Made by a program: the position numbers and the translations under genes
Assembly: GCA_030765185.1 (NCBI GenBank)
Contig: JAVCDE010000003.1
Span: 64,038-128,037, forward strand
Length of the DNA: 64,000 nt
Direction of reading: 5' to 3'
From: Candidatus Aceula meridiana
Lineage (GTDB): Bacteria > Omnitrophota > Gorgyraeia > Zapsychrales > Aceulaceae
Part shown: piece after piece, positions 1 to 10,323 of the stretch
Numbering within the stretch: the stretch's first letter is position 1
Layout of the letters: each line of letters begins with the position of its first letter
The notes under the pieces: model-generated
The model's input: only the letters and a program-made list of their open reading frames with translations
Database searches by the model: none
What the model was told of the DNA's origin: nothing

Positions 1-246
1 TGCCTGGTTAATTCGCAAAAGACCCTGGTTTACATCGTAAGTCCTCAGGTTGAAAAAGTTCGTAGACTATCGCGTCCCGAGTATTTTGTCTCCAAAACCT
101 ATGATTCGAAGGCCAAAGAGGAGAAATTCTCTCTTCGCGTCAAAGGAACCTCGTATGTTGTTCAGGGAAATTCGCTTCTTAAGGTTGATTTTTGTCATTC
201 TCTAAAAATTGACATCCGCCCTAAGTCAAGCATTCCTACTCTTTAA
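1..246 (+). CDS. 3' end of an unidentified ORF (partial, start lies upstream of window)
   Basis: Frame 1 is open from base 1 to TAA at 244-246 (81 codons, no stop). No recognisable family from the C-terminal peptide ...KVDFCHSLKIDIRPKSSIPTL. Confidence 0.3.
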   Translation, partial: CLVNSQKTLVYIVSPQVEKVRRLSRPEYFVSKTYDSKAKEEKFSLRVKGTSYVVQGNSLLKVDFCHSLKIDIRPKSSIPTL

Positions 247-317
247 TTTAATCATCTATAATATAAAAATTAATACTTTTATTTTAGAAAAGGCCTTTTT
301 TGTGTCTATATATTTAT

Positions 318-346
318 TGACGATTAGGGGCTTTTATGATAATTTA
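318..346 (+). promoter_or_regulatory. Possible sigma70-type promoter for yggS (TTGACG ... TGATAATTT)
   Basis: TTGACG at 318-323 and extended -10-like TGnTAATTT at 337-345, just upstream of the ATG at 352. Spacing is imperfect. Confidence 0.25.
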
Positions 347-351
347 GGTCA

Positions 352-1041
352 ATGATTCGAGATAATATCTTGCAAATGAAGGATAATATCTCTTTAATTT
401 GTAAGCGTTTAGGAAGAGATCCCAACGAGGTTGTTTTAATTGGTGTTACCAAATACAGCCCGAAAGAGGATGTTGAAAAAGCGCTTGATAGCGGTCTTTG
501 TCATATTGGAGAAAGCAGGGTTCAACAAGCTTTGACAAAGTATCAAGATCTTCGTGTTCCCTCTTCTGTAGAAGTGACTAAGCATATGATCGGCCATCTC
601 CAGACAAATAAAGTTAAGCAAGCTTTGCAAGTTTTTGATATGATCCACTCTGTTGACAGCGTGCGTTTAGGGCAGGAGATTGAGCGCCAATGTGTGAGTT
701 TAGGTCGTAAAATTGATATCTTGGTTCAAGTCAACACCTCTGGTGAGGAGCAAAAATTTGGCATCGCCGAAGCAGAGGCTTTTTCGTTCATTGAGGAGCT
801 TAGCAGCTTTTCACATCTTTGTATCCGGGGCCTCATGGCTATGGCGCCTTTAAGCGAAAACGAAGATGTTATCCGCGATTGTTTTAAAAAAGCACACGAG
901 CTTAAAGATCAAATTAAAAAAAATTTTAAGGCCAAGAATATTCAGATGGATTTTCTTTCTATGGGCATGAGCGATGATTATGCGATTGCCCTGGAAGAGG
1001 GCTCTAACATGGTGCGTATCGGGCGTGCTATTTTTTCATAA
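352..1041 (+). CDS. yggS: YggS/PLPBP-family pyridoxal-phosphate homeostasis protein (alanine-racemase N-domain fold)
   Basis: 229-aa ORF. Sequence pattern (VTKYSPKEDV..., HxIGxLQTNK, SMGMSDDY) is typical of YggS. Confidence 0.8.
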   Translation: MIRDNILQMKDNISLICKRLGRDPNEVVLIGVTKYSPKEDVEKALDSGLCHIGESRVQQALTKYQDLRVPSSVEVTKHMIGHLQTNKVKQALQVFDMIHSVDSVRLGQEIERQCVSLGRKIDILVQVNTSGEEQKFGIAEAEAFSFIEELSSFSHLCIRGLMAMAPLSENEDVIRDCFKKAHELKDQIKKNFKAKNIQMDFLSMGMSDDYAIALEEGSNMVRIGRAIFS

Positions 1042-1056
1042 AATTTAAAGAGGTGG

Positions 1057-1848
1057 ATGATGAGAGAAATTGGAATTATCGGCGGTGGCAATATGGGCGA
1101 GGCCATTCTTGCAGCGATACGCAAAAGTTATTGCGTGAGCGTCTGCGAAGCAAGCCGCAAACGCCAGAAATATCTCCAGAAAACTTATCGCATCAAGATT
1201 CAAGATTTAGCTACGCTTGCCAAGAGTTGCTCTGTATTGATTTTGGCTGTTAAACCTCAAAGCATGAGTGAGGTTTTAAATGAGTTAAAAACTCTTATTA
1301 AGAAAAACACACTTGTTATCTCTATCGCAGCCGGCATCACAACTCAGTATATTGAGAAAAAATTAACTGGCAAAGTGCGTGTTGTGCGCACGATGCCTAA
1401 TTTACCTGCTCAGATTCAAATGGGCATGACAGCTCTGTGCAAAGGGAAAAAAGCAATGAGCACGGACTTAAAAATAGCTGCGGGAATTTTTAATAAAATC
1501 GGTGCGACTTTGGTTGTTAAAGAAATCCAAATGGACGCCGTGACTGCAATTTCGGGAAGCGGGCCGGGCTATGTTTATTTTTTTATGGAGCAGATGATTG
1601 CCGCAGCAATGTCATTAGGATTGAGCAAAAAAGTAGCCAAGGAGTTTGTCATTAAAACCATCGGAGGTAGTGTATGTTTGGCTTTAGTGAAAGGTGAAGA
1701 TGCAGCTTCTTTGCTTGAAAAAGTTACTTCAAAAGGCGGAACAACGCAGGCAGCACTTGATGTTTTTAAAAAGAAGAAATTTGCCAGCATTATGCGCGAG
1801 GCAACCAAGGCCGCAGCACAAAGAGCTAAGAAATTATCAAGGAGTTAA
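1057..1848 (+). CDS. proC: Pyrroline-5-carboxylate reductase
   Basis: N-terminal Rossmann motif IGIIGGGNMGEAI. C-terminal P5CR dimerisation region (GSGPGYVYFFMEQM, KGGTTQAAL). RBS AGGTGG immediately upstream. The start may be the second ATG at 1060. Confidence 0.85.
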   Translation: MMREIGIIGGGNMGEAILAAIRKSYCVSVCEASRKRQKYLQKTYRIKIQDLATLAKSCSVLILAVKPQSMSEVLNELKTLIKKNTLVISIAAGITTQYIEKKLTGKVRVVRTMPNLPAQIQMGMTALCKGKKAMSTDLKIAAGIFNKIGATLVVKEIQMDAVTAISGSGPGYVYFFMEQMIAAAMSLGLSKKVAKEFVIKTIGGSVCLALVKGEDAASLLEKVTSKGGTTQAALDVFKKKKFASIMREATKAAAQRAKKLSRS

Positions 1849-1851
1849 AAA

Positions 1852-2709
1852 ATGAGAAAAGTCGGCATTGTCGGCGGAAGCGGGCTTTATGATATTGAAG
1901 GTATTCAAGATGTTAAAGAGGTAAAAATTGAAACGCCTTTTGGTGCGCCATCGGATAATTATATCTGTGGCGTTCTTGAAGAGGTAGAAGTTGTTTTTTT
2001 ACCGCGTCATGGAAGAGGCCATCGCGTTAATCCAAGCGAAGTTAACTATCGCGCTAATCTTTATGGCATGAAGAAGCTAGGCGTGAGTGCTATTTTATCT
2101 GTTTCAGCTTGCGGAAGCCTTAAAGAAGAATTAAAACCTATGGATTTTGTTATTCCGGATCAATTCTTGGATAGAACAACAAAAAGAGAATCAACCTTTT
2201 TCAAAGATGGTATTGTTGCTCATGTCGCTTTTGCTGACCCGATTTGCCCTAAACTTTCTGACATTCTAGAAAAAAGCGCGAAGGAAGTAGGTGCTGTTGT
2301 TCATCGTGGGGGAACTTATGTCAACATAGAGGGGCCGCAGTTTTCTACAAAGGCAGAGTCTAATCTTTATCGGTCTTGGAACATGGATATCATTGGCATG
2401 ACTAACGCGACTGAGGCCAAGCTTGCCCGTGAAGCAGAAATTGCTTATGCGACGCTTGCGGCTGTAACCGATTATGACTGCTGGCATCCATCTCATGAAA
2501 GCGTCACCGTTGAGATGATCATTGAATATTTAACAAAGAATGTCGATAGCGCGAAAAAGATTTTAAAAAAAGCTATTGTTCAGGTAGCAGGTGTTGAAAT
2601 ATTATTGGCAGAGAGCGCTTTACAGCATGCCATGATTACAGATAGAAAACAAATTCCTGAAAAAGCAAAGAAGGATTTAGAAATTATTATTGGCAAGCAT
2701 CTAAAATGA
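1852..2709 (+). CDS. mtnP: S-methyl-5'-thioadenosine phosphorylase (PNP/MTAP family)
   Basis: [11 protein letters not shown]...TPFGAPS...FLPRHGRGH...[14 protein letters not shown] pattern of MTAP. 4-nt overlap with ileS. Confidence 0.8.
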   Translation: MRKVGIVGGSGLYDIEGIQDVKEVKIETPFGAPSDNYICGVLEEVEVVFLPRHGRGHRVNPSEVNYRANLYGMKKLGVSAILSVSACGSLKEELKPMDFVIPDQFLDRTTKRESTFFKDGIVAHVAFADPICPKLSDILEKSAKEVGAVVHRGGTYVNIEGPQFSTKAESNLYRSWNMDIIGMTNATEAKLAREAEIAYATLAAVTDYDCWHPSHESVTVEMIIEYLTKNVDSAKKILKKAIVQVAGVEILLAESALQHAMITDRKQIPEKAKKDLEIIIGKHLK

Positions 2710-5510
2710 ATTATCGCGAAACATTAAATCTTCCTAAAACAAATTTTTCTATGAAGGCCGGCTTGGCTCAAAAAGAGCCGACGTTTTTAAAAAGCTGGGA
2801 AGAAGAAAAAGTTTATGAAGCCATTCGGGAAAAGTCTAAAGGCAAGAAGAAGTTTATTCTGCATGACGGCCCGCCGTATGCTAATGGCCATATTCATATC
2901 GGCCATGCTTTAAATAAAATTCTCAAAGACATTATTGTTAAATTTAAAACCATGCAGGGATTTGACAGCCTCTATGTCCCTGGGTGGGATTGTCATGGGC
3001 TTCCGATTGAGCACCAGCTTTTAAAAGAAATGAAAACGCATAAATCACAGGTAGAGCGGGTAGAGTTTCGGAAAAAAGCTCATGATTATGCGATGAAGTT
3101 TGTTGAAATTCAGCGTGAAGAATTTAAACGTTTAGGTATTTTTGGTGAATGGGACAATCCGTATTTGACGCTGAATTCTCAATATGAATATTCGATTTTA
3201 AAATCTCTCGCTACGATGAATAAAGAAAAATATCTTTATCGAGGATTAAAACCTGTCAATTGGTGCGCAGTATGCGAAACGGCATTAGCAGAGGCTGAAG
3301 TCGAGTACGAAGACCATAGCTCGCCGTCTGTTTACGTTAAATTTCCGGTTGAGAATCCTGAAGATGTTTTGCCTGAGCATAAAGGAAATGTCTTTTTGCT
3401 TGTTTGGACAACAACGCCTTGGACGTTGCTGGCTAATGTGGCTGTGGCTGCACATCCAAGCTATAAATATGTTTTTGTTAGCGTAGGCGATGATGTCCTT
3501 ATCTTAGAAAAAACTCTTTCACAATTTGTTCTAGAAAAAGGCGGCATCAAAGATTTTAAAATTATCAAAGAATGCACAGGCCAGGATTTAAAGAAAATAA
3601 AATATACGCATCCATTCGAATTAAGAAAAAGTTGTCCTGTGGTGACCGTTGACTATGTCACCAAGGAAGATGGAACCGGCCTTGTGCATACAGCGCCAGG
3701 GCATGGACAAGAAGACTTTGAGACTGGATTAGAATTTGGCCTTGATGTTGTGGTCCCTGTTGACCATCGAGGGGTTTTCACCAAAGAAGGCGCAGAGTTT
3801 GAGGGCAGCCATGTCTTTAAAGCTAATCCAAAAATTATCGAGCGGCTAAACGAAAAAGGAATTCTTTTCTTTAGCGAAGACGTTGGACATTCCTATCCGC
3901 ATTGCTGGCGTTGCAAAAAGCCGATCATATTTCGCGCGACAAAACAATGGTTTGTTAAAATCGACGCCAATCAATTGCGCGCCAAGCTTTTAAAAATTAT
4001 TCAAAGTGACGTGAAATGGATTCCTGAATCAGGGAAAGAGCGTATTTCGAGCATGGTGAAGACAAGACCAGATTGGTGTTTGTCTAGACAACGCTATTGG
4101 GGTGTTCCTATTCCTGCGTTGGTTTGTCATGGCTGTAATGACGAGCAGAAATTATTTACTGAAGTTATTGATCATTTTGCAGAAATTGTGAAAGTCGAAG
4201 GGACAGATGCCTGGTTTAAGAAAGACGTTAAAGATTTAATTCCTAAAGGATTTCTTTGTCCGGATTGCGGCAAAAGTGATTTTGAAAAAGCTGATGATAT
4301 CTTGGATGTTTGGTTTGATTCTGGCGTTAGCCATCAGGCTGTTGTGAAGGGGATGATGAAAGAAAGTTTGCCCACAGACCTTTACCTTGAGGGGTCGGAT
4401 CAGCACCGTGGATGGTTTCAGTCTTCTTTGATTCCCGGAGTGGCTATAGAGGGCAAAGCGCCGTATAAAGCTGTGTTAACCCATGGATTTGTTGTCGATG
4501 GAAATGGACGCAAGATGTCGAAATCTTTGGGCAATGTAACTTCACCGCAAGATATTATTAAAAATTATGGAGCAGATTTTTTAAGGTTGTGGACTGCCTC
4601 GAGCAATTATAACGAGGATATTCGCATCTCTAAAGAAATTATGGATCGCTTAATCGACGCCTATCGCAAAATTCGAAATACTGTTCGCTTTATGTTAAGC
4701 AATGTATCAGATTTTGATCCGAATCAAGCTGTTGAATTTAAGGACATGCTTGAGCTAGACCAGTGGGCGTTGTACCGATTGGGGTTAACTAAAGATTTTG
4801 TTGAAAAGAAATACGATGAATATAGTTTTTCAGAAGCCTACAAGGCAATTTATTCATTTTGTAACGAGGAGATGTCGGGCATTTACCTTGACATCTTAAA
4901 AGATAGATTGTATACTTTTGCCTCGAAATCATTGGAGCGACGTTCAGCGCAAACAGCTCTTTATCATATTTTAAATCATTTGGTTCGCCTGTTGGCCCCT
5001 ATCCTTTCTTTTACAGCACAAGAAGTGTGGGAGGCAATGCCGAAAGAAGATAGTATTAAAAATGTCAGCAATGTTCATCTTTTGGAACTATTGCCAACTC
5101 TAAATGAATGGAAGGAAGCAGGCGTTGATAAGCGGCTAGGTTTTCTTTTGGCGGACTTAAGGCCACATATTCTTAAGGCTTTAGAGGATAAAAGACAGCA
5201 AGGCTTAATTGGTAGTTCCCTTGAGGCAAAGGTGATTATTGAAAGCGCGAGTGACAATATTTTAAAACAATTAAGCCCGTTTAATCAGGTTATGCTTAAT
5301 GCTGTTTTTATTGTTTCGCAGACTGAGGTAAAAAAAGTCTTTGACGTTAAGGAAGGATTAAGTCAGGAGTTTTCAAAGACAAGAGTTGTTGTTGAGAAAG
5401 CGCAAGGGCAAAAGTGTTCTCGTTGTTGGAATTATTGTCAAGATATTGGGCAAGACGCGCAGCATCCTGAATTATGTGGTCGTTGTCTTGACGTTGTTGG
5501 TAAGAAATAA
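2706..5510 (+). CDS. ileS: Isoleucyl-tRNA synthetase
   Basis: 934 aa. HIGH motif ([14 protein letters not shown]), KMSKS motif, C-terminal Cys4 zinc finger (CSRCWNYC...CGRC). Confidence 0.95.
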   Translation: MNYRETLNLPKTNFSMKAGLAQKEPTFLKSWEEEKVYEAIREKSKGKKKFILHDGPPYANGHIHIGHALNKILKDIIVKFKTMQGFDSLYVPGWDCHGLPIEHQLLKEMKTHKSQVERVEFRKKAHDYAMKFVEIQREEFKRLGIFGEWDNPYLTLNSQYEYSILKSLATMNKEKYLYRGLKPVNWCAVCETALAEAEVEYEDHSSPSVYVKFPVENPEDVLPEHKGNVFLLVWTTTPWTLLANVAVAAHPSYKYVFVSVGDDVLILEKTLSQFVLEKGGIKDFKIIKECTGQDLKKIKYTHPFELRKSCPVVTVDYVTKEDGTGLVHTAPGHGQEDFETGLEFGLDVVVPVDHRGVFTKEGAEFEGSHVFKANPKIIERLNEKGILFFSEDVGHSYPHCWRCKKPIIFRATKQWFVKIDANQLRAKLLKIIQSDVKWIPESGKERISSMVKTRPDWCLSRQRYWGVPIPALVCHGCNDEQKLFTEVIDHFAEIVKVEGTDAWFKKDVKDLIPKGFLCPDCGKSDFEKADDILDVWFDSGVSHQAVVKGMMKESLPTDLYLEGSDQHRGWFQSSLIPGVAIEGKAPYKAVLTHGFVVDGNGRKMSKSLGNVTSPQDIIKNYGADFLRLWTASSNYNEDIRISKEIMDRLIDAYRKIRNTVRFMLSNVSDFDPNQAVEFKDMLELDQWALYRLGLTKDFVEKKYDEYSFSEAYKAIYSFCNEEMSGIYLDILKDRLYTFASKSLERRSAQTALYHILNHLVRLLAPILSFTAQEVWEAMPKEDSIKNVSNVHLLELLPTLNEWKEAGVDKRLGFLLADLRPHILKALEDKRQQGLIGSSLEAKVIIESASDNILKQLSPFNQVMLNAVFIVSQTEVKKVFDVKEGLSQEFSKTRVVVEKAQGQKCSRCWNYCQDIGQDAQHPELCGRCLDVVGKK

Positions 5511-5585
5511 GAATTTTAAAAAAAGTAAAGAGACGTCTGAAATATTTGTGTTTTTAGCGTATCTTAGAAGCTAAGGAGTTTTTAG

Positions 5586-5969
5586 ATGAAGAAGAAATTA
5601 GATAAGAAAAAGTTGCTTGAATATCAAAAAGATTTGCTAGCGATTAAAGAGAAAATTGTTGCGGATATTAAGCAAATTAATAAAAATGCCTCTCCCTCCG
5701 AGAGAGGTGATTCTGGCGATGTTTCTGGCCACGTGATGCATTTAGCTGACGTTGCCACAGACATGTATGATAGAGAATTTTCTTTAGGACTTGCCTCTAA
5801 AGATCGTGAGCTTCTCAGCAAAATTGACAAGGCTTTAAGGAAATTCGAGGACAATAGTTTTGGAATTTGCTCAAAGTGCGAATGCCCGATTCCTCAACTT
5901 CGGCTTAAAGCTATTCCTTACGTTGAGAACTGCCTAAAATGCCAAGAAGAAATTGAAGATGCCTTGTAG
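5586..5969 (+). CDS. DksA/TraR-family C4 zinc-finger protein
   Basis: 127 aa. N-terminal coiled-coil region and C-terminal CxxC-x17-CxxC (CSKCECPIPQLRLKAIPYVENCLKCQ). RBS AAGGAG upstream. Confidence 0.75.
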   Translation: MKKKLDKKKLLEYQKDLLAIKEKIVADIKQINKNASPSERGDSGDVSGHVMHLADVATDMYDREFSLGLASKDRELLSKIDKALRKFEDNSFGICSKCECPIPQLRLKAIPYVENCLKCQEEIEDAL

Positions 5970-6016
5970 TCGGTTGTTCGTTTCTTTTTCGGAAAACTCA
6001 TCCTTTTAAAAGGCTT

Positions 6017-6487
6017 ATGACACATTCACAAAAAGCAGCCTTTATTGCTACGTTCACGGTTTTTACTGTTGTCATTTTTGACCGTATTTCTAAAGTTTTT
6101 TTCTCTCATATTTTAAGTCTTGGCGAATCAATTCCGGTTATCCGTAATATTTTTCATGTTACGCTTGTACACAATACAGGGATTGCTTTCGGATTCTTTA
6201 AAAGTTACGGCATCCTTTTTGTTTTCATTTCACTTGCGGCGATTGTTTTATTTATTTTTTATCTTTATCGTAATCGTCATTATGGGCAGCTACGCCTTAT
6301 TGAGACTTTTGCTTTCTCCCTTATTGTTTCAGGGGCAATAGGCAATTTGATTGATCGTTTAAGTTTTGGTTATGTTGTTGATTTTATTGATTTTCGTTTT
6401 TGGCCTGTTTTTAATGTCGCCGATAGCGCGATTACTATTGGAACAATTATTGTTTTAATCAAATGCATCCCATTCTTTTCCAAATAG
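6017..6487 (+). CDS. lspA: Lipoprotein signal peptidase II
   Basis: 156 aa, 4 TM segments. Conserved NTGIAFG and FNVADSAI boxes. Confidence 0.9.
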   Translation: MTHSQKAAFIATFTVFTVVIFDRISKVFFSHILSLGESIPVIRNIFHVTLVHNTGIAFGFFKSYGILFVFISLAAIVLFIFYLYRNRHYGQLRLIETFAFSLIVSGAIGNLIDRLSFGYVVDFIDFRFWPVFNVADSAITIGTIIVLIKCIPFFSK

Positions 6488-7191
6488 GACCGGTTACTAT
6501 TTACTCTTATGGCGCCATGTTGGCGGTAGCTCTTATTGTGTGCTCTTTGCTTTTAGGCCAAGAGGCAAAGAGAAAGGGGATTGATCCTGATATTATTGTT
6601 GATTTAATCTTTTGGCTTGCAGCTTGGGGCATTGTTGGAAGCCGGATTTTTTTTGTGATTCTAAATTTTTCTTTTTTTAAAAAAAATCTTTTTGAGATTC
6701 TCATGGTTCATCATGGGGGTTTAGCCTGGCAGGGTGGGCTTATATTCGCTTCGCTGGCAGGTATTATTTTTATTAAACGTAAGAAACTTTTGTTTTGGGA
6801 AACATTAGATCTCGTTGCTCCTTATGTGGCTTTAGGGCAGGCCATTGGGCGCATAGGTTGTTTTTTAAACGGTTGCTGTTATGGTCAGCCCTCAACTTGT
6901 GGAATTTATTTTCCAGTTCATCAAGATATTTTGTACCCTACGCAGCTGTATTCATCTTTTGCGCTTATTTTAATTTTTGTTGTTTTGAAGTTTTGTCAAA
7001 AATTTAATCCACCCCATGGTCAGATTTTTTTCTGGTATTTTATTCTAGCCTCTGTTCAGAGGTTCTTTATTCAATTTTTAAGAGCAGACTATGATCCTAT
7101 TTTTTTAGGGTTAGGTATTTTTCAAATCGTTAATCTCATTATCCTTACATTGGCTTTCTATGGAAACATATATTTTAACCGTCGACGATAA
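6463..7191 (+). CDS. lgt: Prolipoprotein diacylglyceryl transferase
   Basis: 242 aa polytopic membrane protein with Lgt-typical N-terminus (F-IGP--IYSYG) and G-rich signature region. Overlaps lspA by 25 nt. Confidence 0.85.
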   Translation: MHPILFQIGPVTIYSYGAMLAVALIVCSLLLGQEAKRKGIDPDIIVDLIFWLAAWGIVGSRIFFVILNFSFFKKNLFEILMVHHGGLAWQGGLIFASLAGIIFIKRKKLLFWETLDLVAPYVALGQAIGRIGCFLNGCCYGQPSTCGIYFPVHQDILYPTQLYSSFALILIFVVLKFCQKFNPPHGQIFFWYFILASVQRFFIQFLRADYDPIFLGLGIFQIVNLIILTLAFYGNIYFNRRR

Positions 7192-8047
7192 AGGGGAGGT
7201 TCGGTTAGATATTTTTTTAGCCGGTGCCTTGCCTTTTTGCCCTTCTAGAAATTTTGCTCAAAATCTTATTGAAAAAAAGAATGTGACTGTTAACGGAAAG
7301 CATTGTAAGTCTCATTACAAGATGCACGAGGGGGATAAGGTTGTTGCCGTTGTCGAAGCGCAGAAACCCTGCACTGTCGAGCCTGAAAATATTCCTTTAG
7401 ATATTTTTTACGAAGACGAGGATTTGATTGTTGTGAATAAACCTATCGGCATGACAGTCCATCCGGCAGCAGGGTGTTATTCGGGGACTTTGGTTAATGC
7501 TTTGGTTTTTCACCAGGAAAATCTTTCGAGTGTTAATGATGCACTTCGGCCTGGTATTGTGCACCGGTTGGACAAAGAGACATCAGGGCTTATTCTTGTT
7601 GCTAAAAATAATATGGTCCATGCAAAATTAGCTAAGCAGTTTGAAAAACGCATTATTAAAAAACAATACGTTGCCGTTGTGCAAGGATTGGTTAAATTTG
7701 ACGAAGGGTTAGTCGACGCTCCTCTCGGGCGCCATCCGATTCATCGCCAAAAGCGTGCTGTTCTTTTTGCTGACGCAAAAGAAGCCCAAACTGTTTACCG
7801 AGTTTTAAAACGTTTTCAAAAAACAACGCTTATTAGCTTGATGCCAAAGACCGGACGCACACATCAATTGCGTGTTCACATGGCGTACTTGGGACACCCT
7901 ATCTTGGGAGATGAAAAATATGGAAAGAAAAATTCTTTTAAGCGGTTGGCCCTTCATGCGCAGAGAATTGGATTTTATCATCCGAGCTTTTCAAGATATA
8001 TGGAATTTTCTTCTCTTACTCCTAAGGAATTTCTTAGCCCAGATTAA
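7160..8047 (+). CDS. rluD: 23S rRNA pseudouridine synthase, RluD/RluA family with N-terminal S4 domain
   Basis: S4-like N-terminus (RLDIFLA...SR...LIEKKNVTVNGK) and catalytic HRLDKETSGLILVAKN motif. Confidence 0.85.
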   Translation: METYILTVDDKGEVRLDIFLAGALPFCPSRNFAQNLIEKKNVTVNGKHCKSHYKMHEGDKVVAVVEAQKPCTVEPENIPLDIFYEDEDLIVVNKPIGMTVHPAAGCYSGTLVNALVFHQENLSSVNDALRPGIVHRLDKETSGLILVAKNNMVHAKLAKQFEKRIIKKQYVAVVQGLVKFDEGLVDAPLGRHPIHRQKRAVLFADAKEAQTVYRVLKRFQKTTLISLMPKTGRTHQLRVHMAYLGHPILGDEKYGKKNSFKRLALHAQRIGFYHPSFSRYMEFSSLTPKEFLSPD

Positions 8048-8145
8048 GAAATTTCACGTGTCTTGATTTTGGAATATCCCCTTTACTTCTAACCAGTTTT
8101 TTTTATAATACTATAGATACTTTAATAGATATTTAAGGAGGAACT

Positions 8146-8961
8146 ATGTTTAACAGAGCAGGAAAAACCTCGGTGATTTTTTTAATTGTTTTTTCGATCT
8201 TACTTCTTTCTTTAACGGCGATCACTATGTTTTTATTTCAGAAGGAGAGAGAGCTTCGGAAGATGACTGAAGCAAAGCTTGAGATGTCGCAAGAAAATCA
8301 TGACAAAGTGGTTAAAGATCTTGAGGAAGCAAAGCAACAAATTTTTATTCTTGATGAACAAAAAAAGGAGATTCAAGAAAAAATTGAAGGCATTTTAGAT
8401 GATTTGGAGCTTGAAAAAGGTCTCAGGGAAGAAATGAAAAACGAGAGTCTTGCTTTGTCAAAAGAAGTAGATAGTCTGACCGCAGAAAAAGAAAGATTTC
8501 AGCAAGCAGCAATCGAATTACGCGAAAAGGCGGATGGCTTAGAAGATCAGCTTGCAGAGGAGCAAAATCTTAGGCAAGAGGCTCAAGCGGAGCTAGAAAG
8601 AATTGTTCAATGGAGAGAGCAAGATTTTCCGAGTGAGGGCGGAGATGAGGTTGTCGATGAAGGCGAGGACGTGAGTCTTGATAAAATTGTTGTTAGCTCG
8701 GAGGAAAAAGGGTTTGAGCCCGGGGGCATCATTGAGATAGAAATTTTAAAAGTTAATGCGGAAAATAATTTTATTATTATTAATGTTGGAAAATCCGGGA
8801 ACGTAGAAGAAAATACAGTCGCTCAAGTTTTTCGCGGCGATAAATTATTAGGTGAAGTAAAAATCACACGCGTTCAAAAAAGTATGTCTGTGGCCGATGT
8901 CGTGCCACCTTTAACGGCAAGTGAAATTAAGATTAACGATAAGGTTGTGTTAAAAGAATGA
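8146..8961 (+). CDS. Hypothetical membrane-anchored coiled-coil protein with acidic linker and small C-terminal beta-rich domain
   Basis: N-terminal TM helix (SVIFLIVFSILLLSLTAITMFLF). About 130 aa of E/K/Q/L-rich heptad-like sequence, a D/E-rich linker and a 90-aa C-terminal domain. Strong RBS AAGGAGG. Stop overlaps the aroA start (ATGA). Confidence 0.6.
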   Translation: MFNRAGKTSVIFLIVFSILLLSLTAITMFLFQKERELRKMTEAKLEMSQENHDKVVKDLEEAKQQIFILDEQKKEIQEKIEGILDDLELEKGLREEMKNESLALSKEVDSLTAEKERFQQAAIELREKADGLEDQLAEEQNLRQEAQAELERIVQWREQDFPSEGGDEVVDEGEDVSLDKIVVSSEEKGFEPGGIIEIEILKVNAENNFIIINVGKSGNVEENTVAQVFRGDKLLGEVKITRVQKSMSVADVVPPLTASEIKINDKVVLKE

Positions 8962-10250
8962 TTCTTTTGCTTCAACCGTCTGCGTCGATTAAAGGAACGA
9001 TAAACCTTCCTTCTTCAAAATCTTATTCAATTCGCTCGGCACTCATTGCCGCCTGCGGAGGAAAATCTCAGGTCAATAATATTTCTTCTTGCGATGACGC
9101 CAAGGTTGCGTTGCGCGCCGCTCGATATCTTGGAGCGAAAGTTACCTCTTCGAAGAAAAATAGTATTACAATTTCAGTCCAGCAGGAGAAAAAGCTTTCA
9201 TCTTCTTTAAACGTGGGAGAATCAGGCACTGTTTTACGCTTTATTCTTCCTCTTGCTGCTTTGCGGCCTACAAAAAGCATAATCAAAGGAGAAGGAACTC
9301 TTTGCGCTCGTCCTAACAATCATCTTATCGAAACATTAAAAAAGATGGGTTGCGACATCCGAGGAAAAGGAAAAAAACAAACTGTTCCCATCACTCTTAG
9401 CGGGGGAGAATTGGGCGGAGGCAAACTCAGTATCGATGGGAGTTTAAGTTCTCAATTTGTTTCTGCGCTTTTGATTGCCGCACCCTTACTCCAAGAGAAT
9501 TCAAAACTTTTTATAAAAGGAAAAAAAGTTGTTTCGCAAACCTACATCCAAATGACATTGTTGGTTTTGCGCAAAACTGGAATTCGCATTGAACAAATTT
9601 CAAAGCGTTTGTTTTTAATCAAAGGGAAGCAACGCTACAAAGGGTTGAAAAAGTTTATTGTCCCATCCGATTATGGCTTGGCTGCTTTTTGGCTGGCAGC
9701 AGGTGCCTTGTTAAATTCAGACGTAATTTTAAAAGGCTATTTTGACCATCGACTAGTCCAAGCTGACGGAGCGATTTTGGACTTTTTAAAAAGAATGGGA
9801 ATCTGTTTTCAATCAACGAGGAAGCAGTTGCGCATCAAAGGCCCTTGCGTTATTAAAGGCGGTTCATTTTCTTTGAAAAATTCTCCGGATCTTTTGCCGA
9901 TTATGGCTGTGATGGCAATGTTTGCTAAAAGTAAAACACGTCTTTACGGCATTGCCCATGCCCGTATTAAAGAATCTGACCGGATTAGTGATTTAAGAAA
10001 TGAACTTCTTAAAGTGGGTGCTAAGATTACTGAAAAAAAAGATGAAATTATTATCTATCCTCAAGAATTCTATAAAACAGCCACCCTAGACCCTCATAAC
10101 GACCATCGATTGGCTATGGCCTTTGCAATCCTAGGATTGAAAATTGGCCTTAAAGTCAAGAATGTTGAATGTACAGCAAAATCTTATCCAGAGTTTGTTT
10201 TTGATTTAAAGAAAATACGGGCTAAAGTTAGAAAAATCAAAAACCTTTGA
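8958..10250 (+). CDS. aroA: 3-phosphoshikimate 1-carboxyvinyltransferase (EPSP synthase)
   Basis: EPT fold. N-terminal GTINLPSSKSYSIRSALIAA...SCDDAKV matches the AroA LPGSKSxSNR...SDD signature. Also DGSLSSQFVSALLIAAPL, ESDRISDL, DHRLAMAF and CTAKSYPEF. MurA lacks these. Confidence 0.9.
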   Translation: MILLLQPSASIKGTINLPSSKSYSIRSALIAACGGKSQVNNISSCDDAKVALRAARYLGAKVTSSKKNSITISVQQEKKLSSSLNVGESGTVLRFILPLAALRPTKSIIKGEGTLCARPNNHLIETLKKMGCDIRGKGKKQTVPITLSGGELGGGKLSIDGSLSSQFVSALLIAAPLLQENSKLFIKGKKVVSQTYIQMTLLVLRKTGIRIEQISKRLFLIKGKQRYKGLKKFIVPSDYGLAAFWLAAGALLNSDVILKGYFDHRLVQADGAILDFLKRMGICFQSTRKQLRIKGPCVIKGGSFSLKNSPDLLPIMAVMAMFAKSKTRLYGIAHARIKESDRISDLRNELLKVGAKITEKKDEIIIYPQEFYKTATLDPHNDHRLAMAFAILGLKIGLKVKNVECTAKSYPEFVFDLKKIRAKVRKIKNL

Positions 10251-10253
10251 TGG

Positions 10254-10282
10254 TTGACAGTTTTTAGCTTTTCATATAGTAT
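10254..10282 (+). promoter_or_regulatory. sigma70-type promoter upstream of mreB (TTGACA-17-TAGTAT)
   Basis: Consensus -35 TTGACA at 10254-10259, 17-nt spacer, -10 TAGTAT at 10277-10282. Lies 42 nt upstream of the mreB ATG. Confidence 0.5.
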
Positions 10283-10323
10283 GGATATATTAATAATATT
10301 AATATAAGTATAGGAGAATTATA

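Noticed and set aside
5386-5574. 62-aa + strand ORF spanning the ileS 3' end and the intergenic region
   Set aside because: It overlaps the conserved ileS C-terminal zinc-finger coding region in another frame and has no RBS. The intergenic part holds the putative promoter and RBS of the DksA/TraR gene.
8958-10250. Possible assignment as MurA (UDP-GlcNAc enolpyruvyl transferase) because of its position next to cell-wall/shape genes
   Set aside because: The sequence carries the EPSP-synthase signatures (LPSSKSYSIR...DD, DGSLSSQF, ESDRISD, DHRLAMAF, CTAKSYPEF). It lacks the MurA active-site Cys loop. Called aroA.
10283-10323. AT-rich near-palindrome (TATTAATAATATTAATATA) between the mreB promoter and the start codon as a possible operator
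   Set aside because: The symmetry is imperfect and the region is simply very AT-rich. It cannot be distinguished from compositional background.
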